Below, one piece after another: positions 25,925 to 36,881 of a DNA stretch of 64,000 nucleotides. The number at the start of each line of letters is the position of its first letter. Position 1 is the first letter of the stretch. The stretch lies in the IMG/VR virus record IMGVR_UViG_3300031963_000066, positions 1-64,000 of that record. The stretch is one strand, 5' to 3'. The position numbers and the translations under genes were made by a program. The notes beneath the pieces are model-generated. The model did not search any database. It was not told the origin of the DNA and saw only the letters and a program-made list of their open reading frames with translations. Origin of the DNA: a virus.

Positions 25925-27610
25925 TTAGGCTGCGCCAACAACTGTAGTGAAGTCAACACCAGTTCCAACAGCAACAAAATTCAACTGAATGTAGTTAATT
26001 GAACGAGCAGGTTTGATGTAGATATCACCAACAAATTGGTTGCTGTCAATTATTTGTGCTGTGTTGTTTGTTGAATCACAAACAACTTTGAAATCTGTGA
26101 TACCACGGCGACCTTGAATGTCACGCAAGAATGGAACTACTAAAGCAGTAAACTGAGCACGGGTGAATTCATCGTTCAATTCAAACAATGAATATTTTGC
26201 TGCTTGTGCAATTGCTTTTTCCAGAACAATGAACAGTCTACGAACATTGATTCTATCAAATGCAGATGGTCTTGACAACAATGTTTTGTCACCAAACAAC
26301 AATGTACCTTGGCCAGGTAAAGACACAACAGGGTTTACACCTTGTTTGTACAATGCATCACGGAATGTTTTAGTTGGGTTCCATGCCAATTTAACGCAGT
26401 TCTTAATAGCACCACGGTTTAGACCAGCAGGTGAGAACCATGGATCTCTTACTGTATCGGTATTAACACACAAACCAGCAATGTCAGCATTCAATGGCAT
26501 CCAACGATATGTATTGTTGTATTTGTCTAGTTGATATTTCCAACCAGAATCTGCAACAACATATGAAGATGATCTTGACAATGCAGATAACCAGTTTGTA
26601 ATATTTGTGGATTCACTTCCACCTTGGTTAACAACATCAACATATCTTGGAGAAACAAATGCAACACAATCTGCTCTAGAGATTGCAACATTGTCAATTA
26701 CATATTGTTGAACTGTAACGCTATGGTCACCAGTCAATACTAATGAAATGTCAACAGCTTCTTTGTTAACAAATAAGTCATATGCGGTTTGTAAATTTCC
26801 ATCTGTTGGTGGAGTAGTAACGCCATTTGATAGTGTTACTACTGCTATTGCTGCAGGATCAGCAAAAGTTTTACCAAGCGCTGTTGTGCCCCATGTTGCA
26901 CTTGTTGTTGAATAATCAACTGGATCCATTACATAAACATATTTTGAGTTATTGAAAATAACTTGTTTATAGTAATTAGATGTACCATTTATTACGGCAT
27001 CTGATGCAGCAGAAACAAAACCATATGTTTCTAAAACCGTTCCTGCAACACCAGTAATATTACCTAATTTGTCAATAACAACAATGTGCATTTCATCTGC
27101 CACGCCATTCACAGATGTTGCATATTCTGATGTGCCTGGTGCAGAAGTAAAATATGAATTATATGCCCAAGATGAAAACAGACCACTAGTAGCACAAACT
27201 TGAACTTCTAATGAATTTCCTAGTGTGCCTGGATATCTTGCAACAAAAGAACCATATGTGTTTGAATTGCCTGCCAACAAATATGTAGCTTCATATACAT
27301 CTTCATTTTTAATTTGTACAGCCTGACCGGCTCCAGCATTTCTTGCTGCAGTACCAACAGCTCTGACAACACTTAAACTGTTACCGTAAGCCAAGAAATT
27401 GGAACAAGTAAAAAAAGATGTTGCTGTAGATGTGTCTGGTTTACCGAATGTGCTCGCAAGTGTTATTTCATCACCAATCAATTTTATTTTATCTGCTGGA
27501 CCCCATTGAAATGTTCCAGCAAATGCACCGGCCGTAGTTTGTACTGATGGAACGACTGTAGTTAGGTCGATCTCCGATACATTTACGCCTGGAGAGATTT
27601 GAAATGCCAT
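25925..27610 (-). CDS. 18: tail sheath protein gp18
   Basis: SPGVNVSEID, WFSPAGLNRG, FDRINVRRLF, IKPARSINYI. Confidence 0.98.
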   Translation of the reverse strand: MAFQISPGVNVSEIDLTTVVPSVQTTAGAFAGTFQWGPADKIKLIGDEITLASTFGKPDTSTATSFFTCSNFLAYGNSLSVVRAVGTAARNAGAGQAVQIKNEDVYEATYLLAGNSNTYGSFVARYPGTLGNSLEVQVCATSGLFSSWAYNSYFTSAPGTSEYATSVNGVADEMHIVVIDKLGNITGVAGTVLETYGFVSAASDAVINGTSNYYKQVIFNNSKYVYVMDPVDYSTTSATWGTTALGKTFADPAAIAVVTLSNGVTTPPTDGNLQTAYDLFVNKEAVDISLVLTGDHSVTVQQYVIDNVAISRADCVAFVSPRYVDVVNQGGSESTNITNWLSALSRSSSYVVADSGWKYQLDKYNNTYRWMPLNADIAGLCVNTDTVRDPWFSPAGLNRGAIKNCVKLAWNPTKTFRDALYKQGVNPVVSLPGQGTLLFGDKTLLSRPSAFDRINVRRLFIVLEKAIAQAAKYSLFELNDEFTRAQFTALVVPFLRDIQGRRGITDFKVVCDSTNNTAQIIDSNQFVGDIYIKPARSINYIQLNFVAVGTGVDFTTVVGAA

Positions 27611-27677
27611 TTTATTCTCCTTGAATTATTATGTTCTTTTGGCAAAATACCATAAGTATATTTATGAAAGGCTGGAT

Positions 27678-29369
27678 TTACAACCTCTCCATCATCTTTC
27701 TTGTGAAACTTGCATAGACTTCTCCACCATCTGCAACTTCCCATACATCACCACCCATAATCTCAAAATCATGTTCTAGGCCATCCTCAATGATCGGTGC
27801 AGGTAGAACATCATCGTCCATCTGGTTCATACTTTCCAGTTGGATTTGTTTACGGATATCGTGGTTTACAATTTCTTTAAAATATTGTTGAGTTGTTACC
27901 CATGAGAAAATGACCAGTGACATTACCATGTCATCATTTGCACCTTCTTCCGCAGAGAAAGAATTCTTTTGTTGAACAAAAGTTGTTAGTTCGGAATAGG
28001 TATCAAAGTCATTTATCAATAGTTTGTCACCCTCAATCAAAGTTTTTAGGTTGGAACACCCAATTGCCTTGACTTGTGGTGACATTTTCAGACCCATTTG
28101 AATACCACGGGCAAATCCGGCAGACAATTGTTGAGGCTTTTTGTTGCCTGTAAATATTTTCCATAGGTTCTCATACTCAAAGTCTGAGTGTAGTGAGTCT
28201 GCAACCTGTGGATTATTGTTAATCTCTACCAGAATATATGCGTCATTGTAATATCTGGCTGTATTGTATATGACTGTAGGAAATAATATTGGTGTAATTG
28301 ACGAACTCTTATATGTGGCCACCTGTTTATACGGTGTCTGTGAGATATCAATGACAGAAAATGCCGAACTGTCTAGGTTTTTACCTTCAGATACATCGAC
28401 CGTTATACAATATAGGTGGTCAGATTTAGATTCGTTGACACCTTCTTTGACTGGATGTTCATAGATTTTCAACAAATCGTGGTTCGCAACAGGGTCCACA
28501 TAGACCAGTTGTTGTAATTTGTATCCGGAAACCAAAGTATTTGAAGAACCCAAGAACTCTGTTTCAAACTCCTGTTTGAATTGTCTTTCGGAGGTGTTTC
28601 GGATTGTTTCTTCTTTCCATTTTTCATCACGACCTGGTACCATAGACCAGTGAATTTCAAATGGCTTGTAGTCATTCTTCTTGTTGATTGAGTCCATCCA
28701 TAGTTTGTAGAATAGATTCATACCATTAGGTGTAGACACAATAATAATCTTTGTCTTTTTACCTGATGAAATTACAGGGTAAACGGAGTTGAAGAATTCT
28801 TCCGCAATATTGGTTGGAACGAAAGCAAATTCGTCCAAGAATACGATGTTAAATGCACCACCACGAATGGCGGAACTTGATGTGGACGCAGCGATAATCT
28901 TAGAACCATTCTCTAGTTCTACATTACCTTTGTTCCAGGTAACAACACCTTGTTGCAACCACATAGGTAAGTTTTCGTATGCCAGTTGGTACTTGGCTAA
29001 AATATCTCTTGCCAAAGAACCTTTGTTGGCCAAGACTGCACAGTTTTGTGTGTCTTTGAAGATTGTTTCCCATAACATATATGCAACTGTTGTGGTAGTC
29101 TTACCAACCTGACGGGGACACTTGGTGATAACGAAACGATTGTTTGCAAAAAGTGTAATCATTTCCTCTTGGAAAGGCCACATCTTAAAGTTAATCAAAC
29201 CCTCATCAACGTTAACAATCTTTACATAATTTTTTGCAAAATAGATAGGGTCTTTTGAACACTTAATGTATTCATCAACCTGCTCTTGGGTATATTCTAC
29301 CTTAACACCAGCTTTTTTAAGTAAAGGGTTATCCCGATATGCTTCACCAAATCTTAAATCACCACTCAT
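27678..29369 (-). CDS. 17: terminase large subunit gp17
   Basis: PRQVGKTT, FLDEFAF, STPNG, DDMVM. Confidence 0.98.
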   Translation of the reverse strand: MSGDLRFGEAYRDNPLLKKAGVKVEYTQEQVDEYIKCSKDPIYFAKNYVKIVNVDEGLINFKMWPFQEEMITLFANNRFVITKCPRQVGKTTTTVAYMLWETIFKDTQNCAVLANKGSLARDILAKYQLAYENLPMWLQQGVVTWNKGNVELENGSKIIAASTSSSAIRGGAFNIVFLDEFAFVPTNIAEEFFNSVYPVISSGKKTKIIIVSTPNGMNLFYKLWMDSINKKNDYKPFEIHWSMVPGRDEKWKEETIRNTSERQFKQEFETEFLGSSNTLVSGYKLQQLVYVDPVANHDLLKIYEHPVKEGVNESKSDHLYCITVDVSEGKNLDSSAFSVIDISQTPYKQVATYKSSSITPILFPTVIYNTARYYNDAYILVEINNNPQVADSLHSDFEYENLWKIFTGNKKPQQLSAGFARGIQMGLKMSPQVKAIGCSNLKTLIEGDKLLINDFDTYSELTTFVQQKNSFSAEEGANDDMVMSLVIFSWVTTQQYFKEIVNHDIRKQIQLESMNQMDDDVLPAPIIEDGLEHDFEIMGGDVWEVADGGEVYASFTRKMMERL

Positions 29370-29779
29370 TCTTTACCTTTAAGTAACTTATTCAGTTCTG
29401 CGGTTGAACCAACAAAGATAGCTTTATCAATCTTAGTGTCACCTTCTTTTGGTTTGCCATCCATTGTACGCATTTGTTTTTGTACCGCAAGTAGTTCTTT
29501 ATTTGCATCCACCACATTCTTCAACAGTGTACCATACACCTCAAAGGCTCTAGGATGTTGGCCTGCTTTTGCAATGTTGAGTATTTCTTCCATGGCTTCT
29601 TTGCCCTGGTCGATAAGGTCTTGTAGATTATCTTTTGTTTGTTGATATGCATCTTCCAAATCATTCTTTAAATCTGGACCATCCTGAGATTTTGTAACCA
29701 CCGGCAACAAAGGTTTTTCTTTTTGTTCTACCGGTGTTACATCAAATAATTTTTCCATGTTCTTGTCAAATGTATTCAT
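29366..29779 (-). CDS. 16: terminase small subunit gp16
   Basis: HPRAFEV, FVGSTAEL. Confidence 0.93.
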   Translation of the reverse strand: MNTFDKNMEKLFDVTPVEQKEKPLLPVVTKSQDGPDLKNDLEDAYQQTKDNLQDLIDQGKEAMEEILNIAKAGQHPRAFEVYGTLLKNVVDANKELLAVQKQMRTMDGKPKEGDTKIDKAIFVGSTAELNKLLKGKE

Positions 29780-29793
29780 AGTTTTTATATTAA

Positions 29794-31521
29794 TTATAAC
29801 GCTGCAATTCTACTCTGAAAATCGGCAAAACTGGATGATGCAGCAACAATTACTTTCAAGTTTGCAAGAGGCAGTGCTGCAGCTCTTTGTGTTGTACCAT
29901 TATTAAATATGACATTTCCAGTATTCACAATGTTTTTGCCACTCAAATCCAATGCTGTTGGGTCACCAGAAGATGGTACTATGATTTTACCATTAGAATC
30001 GAATTGCCATTTTTGTTTAAATGGTGTTACAGATTTCTCATACAAACCACCAGGAGTTGAATAAACAATTACATTTGTTGTATATGTGTAATCTGTATTC
30101 TCAGCAATCGTTACAGTTGTATTGCCGGTACCAACGGTTGTACTTGTTGCAGTGTTTGCTTCTGGTATACCAACATAAGTGAAATCACCCCAAGAACTAC
30201 CATTTGCACCAAGATATGTTCCAGATAGAGAACCATCTACAGGCAATTGATAAACTGTTGCAAATGTGTTTGATTTACCTGATGGCTTAGAATAACCAAT
30301 ACCAACAAGATAGTCACCTGAAACATCTAGTTGTCTATGGCCAAGTCTGATTGTTTGGTTTGCACTTGCAATTTCTAAAGACCTTGCCCAAACTAATTCA
30401 CCATTTGCATCAATTTTATATGTGATAAATGCTGTCTGGTTGTTTGCATCTGTTGTTGCACCATTTACATACAAATAATCATTCTTGTGTTTAATCCAAT
30501 TGATTTTTGGTGTTGTAATACCAGTTATTGTTTTTTCCCAAATCAATTGATTATTGGATCTAAATTTATAAATGTTAGTATTTGATGCTGCATACCAATT
30601 ATTTGATGTATCAGAAGTCAAACTTATAATTGTGTTTCCGTTTGTATCAACATTGTTTGTCCAAAGATAAACACCCTCTGTATCAAACTTGTGAACTTTT
30701 CCGTTTGCAGAACCAACTAAAACACCATACTCATTTGGTAACGCTAAACAGCAAAATGCATTTGTGGATTCTGTTTGTGAAGTGAAATATGTGAAGTACA
30801 ATTCACCTGTGTTGTCAAGACCTGTTAGTAGGTTGTGTTCACCAACAAAGTATGGGAATCCTTGGTCATCAACAGTAATGTCTACAGAACCTACTGCATC
30901 TTCTACCATCGAACTCCAAACATTTTGGCCAACAGAATTAAATTTGGTAACTAGAGTTGAAAAAGTATTTGGAAGATTTGTCAACAAATACACATTGTTG
31001 TTTGCATCAATATCTAAAGATTCAGAATAACTACCATATGAGGTGTTTGCTGGCACAGAACGAGTCCAGAATATTTCACCTGTTGTATCAAATTTTACAA
31101 TTGTAGATTGTGGATAACCTGTGGTTTCATTTTGTGTTGTCAGTGCAACATAAATGTTATTGGCAGAATCGTATGCAACACTGTGACCATATGTATTGGC
31201 TAACTGAGTTGTTAGTTGACCATATAATAGACCCCAAACTTTTTTGTTGTGATGGTCATTACCAAGTTCCACTCTTGTATTACTATACATTATGGTATCG
31301 GTAAAACTGATATCACCCAAGAAAACAGAATTTGCTTTATTGAAAGCACCTTGTGCTAGTGCAGCATTGTTTGCTGATTGTGAATTTGCAGTATTAGAAT
31401 TATTGGAAACATTGGTATACAGCTCGGTAAAGTTGTCATTTGATTTGACAAATGCGGCTCTTAGTGTATCACCTTTACCATCATTTGCTCTAATACCAAT
31501 ATTGATTGTTTGTTTAGCCAT
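29794..31521 (-). CDS. virion protein with gp9/gp10-type N-terminal anchor and beta-propeller-like repeats
   Basis: MAKQTINIG..NDGKGDTLRAAF..NDNFTELY; repeated 'D.NNN.Y' and 'KFD..G...W' blades. Confidence 0.65.
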   Translation of the reverse strand: MAKQTINIGIRANDGKGDTLRAAFVKSNDNFTELYTNVSNNSNTANSQSANNAALAQGAFNKANSVFLGDISFTDTIMYSNTRVELGNDHHNKKVWGLLYGQLTTQLANTYGHSVAYDSANNIYVALTTQNETTGYPQSTIVKFDTTGEIFWTRSVPANTSYGSYSESLDIDANNNVYLLTNLPNTFSTLVTKFNSVGQNVWSSMVEDAVGSVDITVDDQGFPYFVGEHNLLTGLDNTGELYFTYFTSQTESTNAFCCLALPNEYGVLVGSANGKVHKFDTEGVYLWTNNVDTNGNTIISLTSDTSNNWYAASNTNIYKFRSNNQLIWEKTITGITTPKINWIKHKNDYLYVNGATTDANNQTAFITYKIDANGELVWARSLEIASANQTIRLGHRQLDVSGDYLVGIGYSKPSGKSNTFATVYQLPVDGSLSGTYLGANGSSWGDFTYVGIPEANTATSTTVGTGNTTVTIAENTDYTYTTNVIVYSTPGGLYEKSVTPFKQKWQFDSNGKIIVPSSGDPTALDLSGKNIVNTGNVIFNNGTTQRAAALPLANLKVIVAASSSFADFQSRIAAL

Positions 31522-31541
31522 TTGTTTCTCTCATTTGATGT

Positions 31542-32561
31542 TTATTGGTTTGCGGCCTTGTTAATTGTCAAGACTTCATTTAGTGTGTTATCGGTCTTAG
31601 CGTCAACTTTATCAACAGTCATAAAGTCGATATCTGTAGAAACTCTACCAACAGCATCAACTTCAACAAATTTCAATGGGTTCAAATTATATGTGGTGAA
31701 GTTATAGTTTGCCAAAGTATTAACTCCATATATAGGTTTATCGGACACAAAGTTTCCTGTTAGTGATTTTAATCTAAGTAGGTTGTCTGTAAATTGAACA
31801 ACAATTCCTGTTGCTGTTGTATCATCTGATGTATATCCTTGATATACTTTTTCACCAACTTTATATGTACCAAAACCAGAATTTAAATTCAATGTAAATT
31901 CAACAACATCTTCTTCGGTAATTAAGTTGAACACTGAAACAAATGCACGATTGATGACACCAGTTTCTGTGGTTTTACCAAATACAAATCCTTTGACAGT
32001 GAAGTTTAATGTCCAGACTATCATTCTGGTTTCGTTCTCTCTACCACCTTCGTAAATAATTTCATGTGATGTTGAGTTTAAAATCACAGGTACTTCTTTA
32101 ATAATCCCCATTTCAGGAATCAAATTCAATTTGATGGTGTAATCTGGTGTAAAGAATGGTAGTATGTGTTCAATGATTTGTGTACCATCTTCAATGTTTC
32201 GAACATATATGTACAGATTAAAATCAAAATTGTATGGTACTGGATTGTATTGTGCAATAACACCGGTCGCTGTATTTGTGCCTGCAAAATTTTTAATGTT
32301 GGTATTTTGTTTTCTACTTGAATCATAACTAAGACCGGCCATCTCAAACGACATTTTAGGTAAAGTTACTTGAACTTTTTTATCTAATTGAGGATCACTC
32401 TCAAGGCGCATAACATATCGTTCTTTTGATGCATAAACAATAGGCACAATAAATCTCTCAGATTCGGTTTCGTCTGATTTGAATCTGTATAGTGTTATGT
32501 TGTCAAAAAGATTACCAAATCCAACAACTAATTTTCTGATGACACGGTTGTATGTTGACAT
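31542..32561 (-). CDS. 15: tail terminator/sheath stabiliser gp15
   Basis: FGNLFDNI, LPKMSFE, PVPYN, QIIEHILPFFTP. Confidence 0.93.
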   Translation of the reverse strand: MSTYNRVIRKLVVGFGNLFDNITLYRFKSDETESERFIVPIVYASKERYVMRLESDPQLDKKVQVTLPKMSFEMAGLSYDSSRKQNTNIKNFAGTNTATGVIAQYNPVPYNFDFNLYIYVRNIEDGTQIIEHILPFFTPDYTIKLNLIPEMGIIKEVPVILNSTSHEIIYEGGRENETRMIVWTLNFTVKGFVFGKTTETGVINRAFVSVFNLITEEDVVEFTLNLNSGFGTYKVGEKVYQGYTSDDTTATGIVVQFTDNLLRLKSLTGNFVSDKPIYGVNTLANYNFTTYNLNPLKFVEVDAVGRVSTDIDFMTVDKVDAKTDNTLNEVLTINKAANQ

Positions 32562-33442
32562 TATATTTTTCCAAACGGATTAGTTTCGGTGAAATCTATA
32601 ATGTTATCGGCTTCATTGTCCAAATAATCATTGTCATAGGCTTCATTTCTTGTACTGTCTTTTAATGGATTATATGATGACAAATAGTATTGTGCATTGC
32701 TTGTTGCACCAATGATTGCAACATTGTTTGCAAACTCACCGGCAACATTTGTTACTTTTAATATATCATTGACAGTGTTCCATTCTTGTACCATTGCAAC
32801 CACTGATGCGTTTGCTTGTGTACCATCCCTAGATTGAAATACAATTTCTCTAGGTTCATATGTTCCAGTTCCAACACCAGTGTTCAAATCTATTGTATAA
32901 CTTGATTGAATCATTATATCATCAATATCTTCCACACCAGTGTCGATAACTTCTTGTGAGTACTTGAATTTCTCTAGTTCTAATTCGTAGAAATAAGGAA
33001 TCTTGCGGCCTAACATGAAGAAGTCTTTGGTTTGATTGGTGAATTTAATTTCAAACAATTCACCGGTACCATTTAAGAAAGGCACATAAATCAAATCACC
33101 TTCACGGGGTCTGGTGAATAGGTCTTGTGGTACTCTTTGAGAGAAAGAACGCTTTGATAGTATGATATTGATATTGTTTTTAATCTCAAGACCAAATTTA
33201 GAAAAGAATTCTTTCTCGCCACCGTACTCCATTGAACTAGATAGATAGAACTCAATTGGAAAGGCCGAACCAAATCTTTTAATTGGATCTTCACCATATA
33301 GAATGTCTCTATCTTCTTCATTCTCAATAGGCAGGTAGTAGGCGTCATAACCTTGAATTTTAATACTTTCTACAATCAAATCTTCTATTACTCTCTGTTC
33401 AGCAAGAGAGTTGTAGTTGTTGAAATACACCGAGGTCGCCAT
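32561..33442 (-). CDS. 14: neck protein gp14
   Basis: FSKFGLEI, RPREGDLIY, DFTETNPFG. Confidence 0.93.
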   Translation of the reverse strand: MATSVYFNNYNSLAEQRVIEDLIVESIKIQGYDAYYLPIENEEDRDILYGEDPIKRFGSAFPIEFYLSSSMEYGGEKEFFSKFGLEIKNNINIILSKRSFSQRVPQDLFTRPREGDLIYVPFLNGTGELFEIKFTNQTKDFFMLGRKIPYFYELELEKFKYSQEVIDTGVEDIDDIMIQSSYTIDLNTGVGTGTYEPREIVFQSRDGTQANASVVAMVQEWNTVNDILKVTNVAGEFANNVAIIGATSNAQYYLSSYNPLKDSTRNEAYDNDYLDNEADNIIDFTETNPFGKI

Positions 33443-33446
33443 GATA

Positions 33447-33950
33447 TTATCCTAACTTTTCACAAAAATAATTTTTGTGGTGTTTTCTTAAACCACTAGC
33501 CACAATTGACATTTTTGAACTATCCAAGTTATTTTCCTTACAATATTGTTGTAAATTTTTTATTTTTATTTTTGTTCCGTCTGGTTTGGTTATTAACCAA
33601 TTTCTACTATTACTCTCGGATATTTTATTTTTCCATTCACAAGGACGGCCTTTTAATGTCTCACTCATTTTTAATTTATATTCATCAGACCATTTACGAC
33701 CTAAATTTGCTTTGTGACCTACTGGTGGTCTAGATTTTTTACCAGACATTACAAATAGTTCGTGTAACAATTCTTCTTTACCAATAATGCCAGCTAAACC
33801 TTTCCAAGCTAATTCATCTTGTTTATGTCCATATTTTTCCCACAAAACACGATGAGCTTCCGCATGTTCTTCTACGGTAAGTTCAATTAAATTGGACGGA
33901 TCATTTGTTCCACCCATATGTTTTGGAATAATATGGTGTTGGTGTTTCAT
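33447..33950 (-). CDS. HNH homing endonuclease
   Basis: HHIIPKHMGGTNDPSNLIELTVEEHAEAH; inserted between gp13 and gp14. Confidence 0.9.
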   Translation of the reverse strand: MKHQHHIIPKHMGGTNDPSNLIELTVEEHAEAHRVLWEKYGHKQDELAWKGLAGIIGKEELLHELFVMSGKKSRPPVGHKANLGRKWSDEYKLKMSETLKGRPCEWKNKISESNSRNWLITKPDGTKIKIKNLQQYCKENNLDSSKMSIVASGLRKHHKNYFCEKLG

Positions 33951-33951
33951 A

Positions 33952-34728
33952 TTAGTTCATAAACATTTCTAGTGGTGCACCGTACTTGTCACCAATTTCT
34001 GCATGAAGGGCATCAATTTCTGTTTTTGCTTCCTCATAAATCTTATCACCATTCAACATGACACCACCTGGTAATTGTATACCACTAAACTTTTTAAGGT
34101 TGTTGCCCCATGAACGCTTGATAAGTGCTGTTGCATACTCTTTTAACCAACGGTCGTTCCAGACATAATTGTAATATTCTGGATTGATTGTTGCATAAGA
34201 TTCCATGACAACAACAGTACCGACTGGTGCTTGTGAAGAACCCCAAGCCCAATCAATGAAAAGTTTTTTCATGTGTCTTTGATAACGGATTGGTATTTCA
34301 CCAGTAAACATTAACTCCAATGAACGCAAATGTTGTTGTGTTAATGTATAGTTGATGTAAGATGCGGAAGTGAAATCGTACAATTCATTCAAACGCAATT
34401 GATATCTCAAGTCAAACATGTTGATTGATGCTGACGAATCTTGAATAGGGAAAATTCTAGTTATACCAACTATGTCAACAGAATTATTTGAATCGTCTGT
34501 AACATTAGTTAGATTTATATATTTGTTTTGAATGTCTGTCGCATCAAGTTTTTTGATGTAATATATTTTTTGTAGGCCATCAAAGTGGTAGTCTTGCCAA
34601 TATTGAAGTGCATCATCAATACGGTCTTCTACCTGATCGTCATCAACGTTGATTTCGATTACTGGAAACCCTAGTCTACGCAGGCAATAATCTTTGAATG
34701 CCGTTCTTGTTGTTATTGGTTGTGCCAT
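33952..34728 (-). CDS. 13: neck protein gp13
   Basis: YCLRRLGFPVIEINV, WLKEYATALIK..LPGG; CATAAATA late-promoter variant upstream. Confidence 0.95.
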   Translation of the reverse strand: MAQPITTRTAFKDYCLRRLGFPVIEINVDDDQVEDRIDDALQYWQDYHFDGLQKIYYIKKLDATDIQNKYINLTNVTDDSNNSVDIVGITRIFPIQDSSASINMFDLRYQLRLNELYDFTSASYINYTLTQQHLRSLELMFTGEIPIRYQRHMKKLFIDWAWGSSQAPVGTVVVMESYATINPEYYNYVWNDRWLKEYATALIKRSWGNNLKKFSGIQLPGGVMLNGDKIYEEAKTEIDALHAEIGDKYGAPLEMFMN

Positions 34729-34784
34729 TATATCCCCCTATAAGGGGTATTTATGCATCATTGGTTGTTTCGTCAACTGATACA

Positions 34785-35714
34785 TTAATTGAATTTGATA
34801 GATCCTGAACCCGTAAATTTATATATTCTATACCCGGATAATATTGTATATGTAACTGTGCCTGTAGTTGTAGCTGCTGCGTAACCGGTTGGGTACTTGA
34901 TAACTGCAATACCTGAACCACCGTTACCTGCATTAGTGCCGGCGCCGTTTTTCATACCACCACCGCCGCCGCCGGAATTTGTTCCGCCATTCCCACCAAC
35001 AGTATTTGTTCCATTCTGGCCGCCGTTTGCACCTCCTGTGCCTCCAGCTGTTGAACTTCCTCCACCACCACCACCTGCACCACCGTTGCCCGCTGTGCCG
35101 GTATTGACGCTGCCGCCACCGCCACCGCCGCAATAATATGTTGCAGTGCCTGTTATGGAATTTTGTAATCCAATACCACCTGAACCTGCCACTGTGCCGC
35201 TTACACTATTTCCACCAACAGCACCTGCGCCGCCACCGCCGGCACCTGCCAAAGCAGTGCCTGATACAAATGCATCACCTCCAGCATTTCCTTGACCTGT
35301 GATTGGTTCTCCACCCAAGTGGTCTGTTACGGAGCTACTAACTCCACCGCCACCTGAGGCGCCACTTCCTGGCCTTCTTGGATCCGTGTAGCCTCCAATG
35401 CCCCATCCACCGCCGTATGCATACAAAGAAAAACCAGTTGATGTGATTGAAGTGTCACCGCCTCGTTCTCCATTTGAAGAACTCGCACTGAAGACTCCTA
35501 CCGCACCGGCGCCGCCGCCAGCAACGGTTACTGTATAGGTTACATTTTTTTTAAAAGTAAATTCACTCTGATAATTATAACCACCAGCACCAGCTCCTGC
35601 TGATCCACCTCCTCCACCTCCTCCAACCAGTAACATCTCAACTGTTATCAAATCACTACTTAAAGTAGTGTTTTTAGTGGATATTTTACTCTTAGATAAA
35701 GTTTTGATTGCCAT
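34785..35714 (-). CDS. glycine-rich virion/fibre protein
   Basis: LLVGGGGGG..GGSGIAVIKY..YKFTGSGSI glycine-rich domain. Confidence 0.75.
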   Translation of the reverse strand: MAIKTLSKSKISTKNTTLSSDLITVEMLLVGGGGGGGSAGAGAGGYNYQSEFTFKKNVTYTVTVAGGGAGAVGVFSASSSNGERGGDTSITSTGFSLYAYGGGWGIGGYTDPRRPGSGASGGGGVSSSVTDHLGGEPITGQGNAGGDAFVSGTALAGAGGGGAGAVGGNSVSGTVAGSGGIGLQNSITGTATYYCGGGGGGSVNTGTAGNGGAGGGGGGSSTAGGTGGANGGQNGTNTVGGNGGTNSGGGGGGMKNGAGTNAGNGGSGIAVIKYPTGYAAATTTGTVTYTILSGYRIYKFTGSGSIKFN

Positions 35715-35715
35715 G

Positions 35716-36045
35716 TTAGGTTATCTCACTACCGTAAGCGTGGAAACTTATTAATGCACTACTTGCATTTACTGTGACAACATCAGTTGTTGCTAAAGTT
35801 AAACCAAGTGTTAATGATAACATATCATTTGCTGGTACAGGTGTGTCAAATGCCAAATAGTGTTGTGTAGCCAATGTTGCTCCTGCTGGACGAACAGCTA
35901 CTTTAACTGTGCCGCCAGTGGCAGCCTGGTTACAAATAGAAAGTGTGGAAACAATTGTACTTGTTGCCGCAGGAACAGTGTAAAGAGTTGTTGCTGTGTT
36001 TGCTGCTGGATTTGATTGACCTAAAACTTTGTATGTTATTGCCAT
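35716..36045 (-). CDS. small beta-rich virion adaptor-like protein
   Basis: LYTVPA..SLTLGLTL..GSEIT; paralogous to 45549 and 48454. Confidence 0.7.
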   Translation of the reverse strand: MAITYKVLGQSNPAANTATTLYTVPAATSTIVSTLSICNQAATGGTVKVAVRPAGATLATQHYLAFDTPVPANDMLSLTLGLTLATTDVVTVNASSALISFHAYGSEIT

Positions 36046-36054
36046 GATTTTTCC

Positions 36055-36486
36055 TTATGCTCCCATTAACAAGAATGGATTGATTGTGTTTGTAGATCCA
36101 CCACTACTTGCTGTGTTAGCAGCTGCAAAGGCCGCATTGGCCTGGTTAAATGCAAACGTGGCACTTGAACCAGAATTTGCTGCAGCGAAAGCCGCATTAG
36201 CTTGTAAGAACCCAGAATTGGCATATAAACTGGCTGAATTGGCTGCACCAAAAGCTGAATTGGATGTTAAAAATGCTCCATTGGCATATAAACTGGCTGA
36301 ATTGGCTGCACCAAAAGCTGAATTGGATGTTAAAAATGCTCCATTGGCATATAAACCTGCACTAGTTGCACCACCGGCCGCATTGGCTGCTTCAAAAGCT
36401 CCATTGGCTTGAGCATATGCCGAACCAACCAACGATGAATAATCATACGATGTGTCTATATTCGGTAATTTTATTTTTGTTGTCAT
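36055..36486 (-). CDS. short heptad-repeat (ANxA) coiled-coil fibre protein
   Basis: Repeats of ANSASLY/ANGAFLT; hydrophobic C-terminus INPFLLMGA. Confidence 0.7.
   Translation of the reverse strand: MTTKIKLPNIDTSYDYSSLVGSAYAQANGAFEAANAAGGATSAGLYANGAFLTSNSAFGAANSASLYANGAFLTSNSAFGAANSASLYANSGFLQANAAFAAANSGSSATFAFNQANAAFAAANTASSGGSTNTINPFLLMGA
36217..36356. repeat. exact 63-bp tandem repeat (~2.2 copies) within coding sequence
   Basis: attggcatataaac unit starts at 36217, 36280 and 36343. Confidence 0.9.
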
Positions 36487-36492
36487 TTTTTA

Positions 36493-36846
36493 TTAAGGTG
36501 TATATTCAACCCAAGCCAAGGTTGCTTCATCCCATCCATATGATTTTTCATCTTCGGGCCTCGCAACAGGTGCATCCCAATGGCAAGATGTTTCATTTAA
36601 TATCCAACTTGGAAATGGTTTAGGTGGTATGAAAGCGTCACGTTCTTTATCGTAGGTGTATCCAATACCCGCATAATTTTTACGCAAAGGTGTACCACCC
36701 AATCTATGCTCACCCATAATGGTGTTATAACTTGTTTGTATCCAAGATTCTTTTGGACCAAACATACCAGAATCAATTACATCCTGTTCAATAACAAGAA
36801 CTCTTGTTACAATATTGTTTTCATCTATCTGTGCAAAGTGTGCCAT
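36493..36846 (-). CDS. conserved phage hypothetical protein (tail-fibre associated)
   Basis: MAHFAQIDENNIV..WIQTSYN..RKNYAGIGYTYD..PFPSW; follows a Gly-rich fibre gene. Confidence 0.7.
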   Translation of the reverse strand: MAHFAQIDENNIVTRVLVIEQDVIDSGMFGPKESWIQTSYNTIMGEHRLGGTPLRKNYAGIGYTYDKERDAFIPPKPFPSWILNETSCHWDAPVARPEDEKSYGWDEATLAWVEYTP

Positions 36847-36881
36847 TTTTATCCCATTAAAAATTATTCATGCTCTATTTA

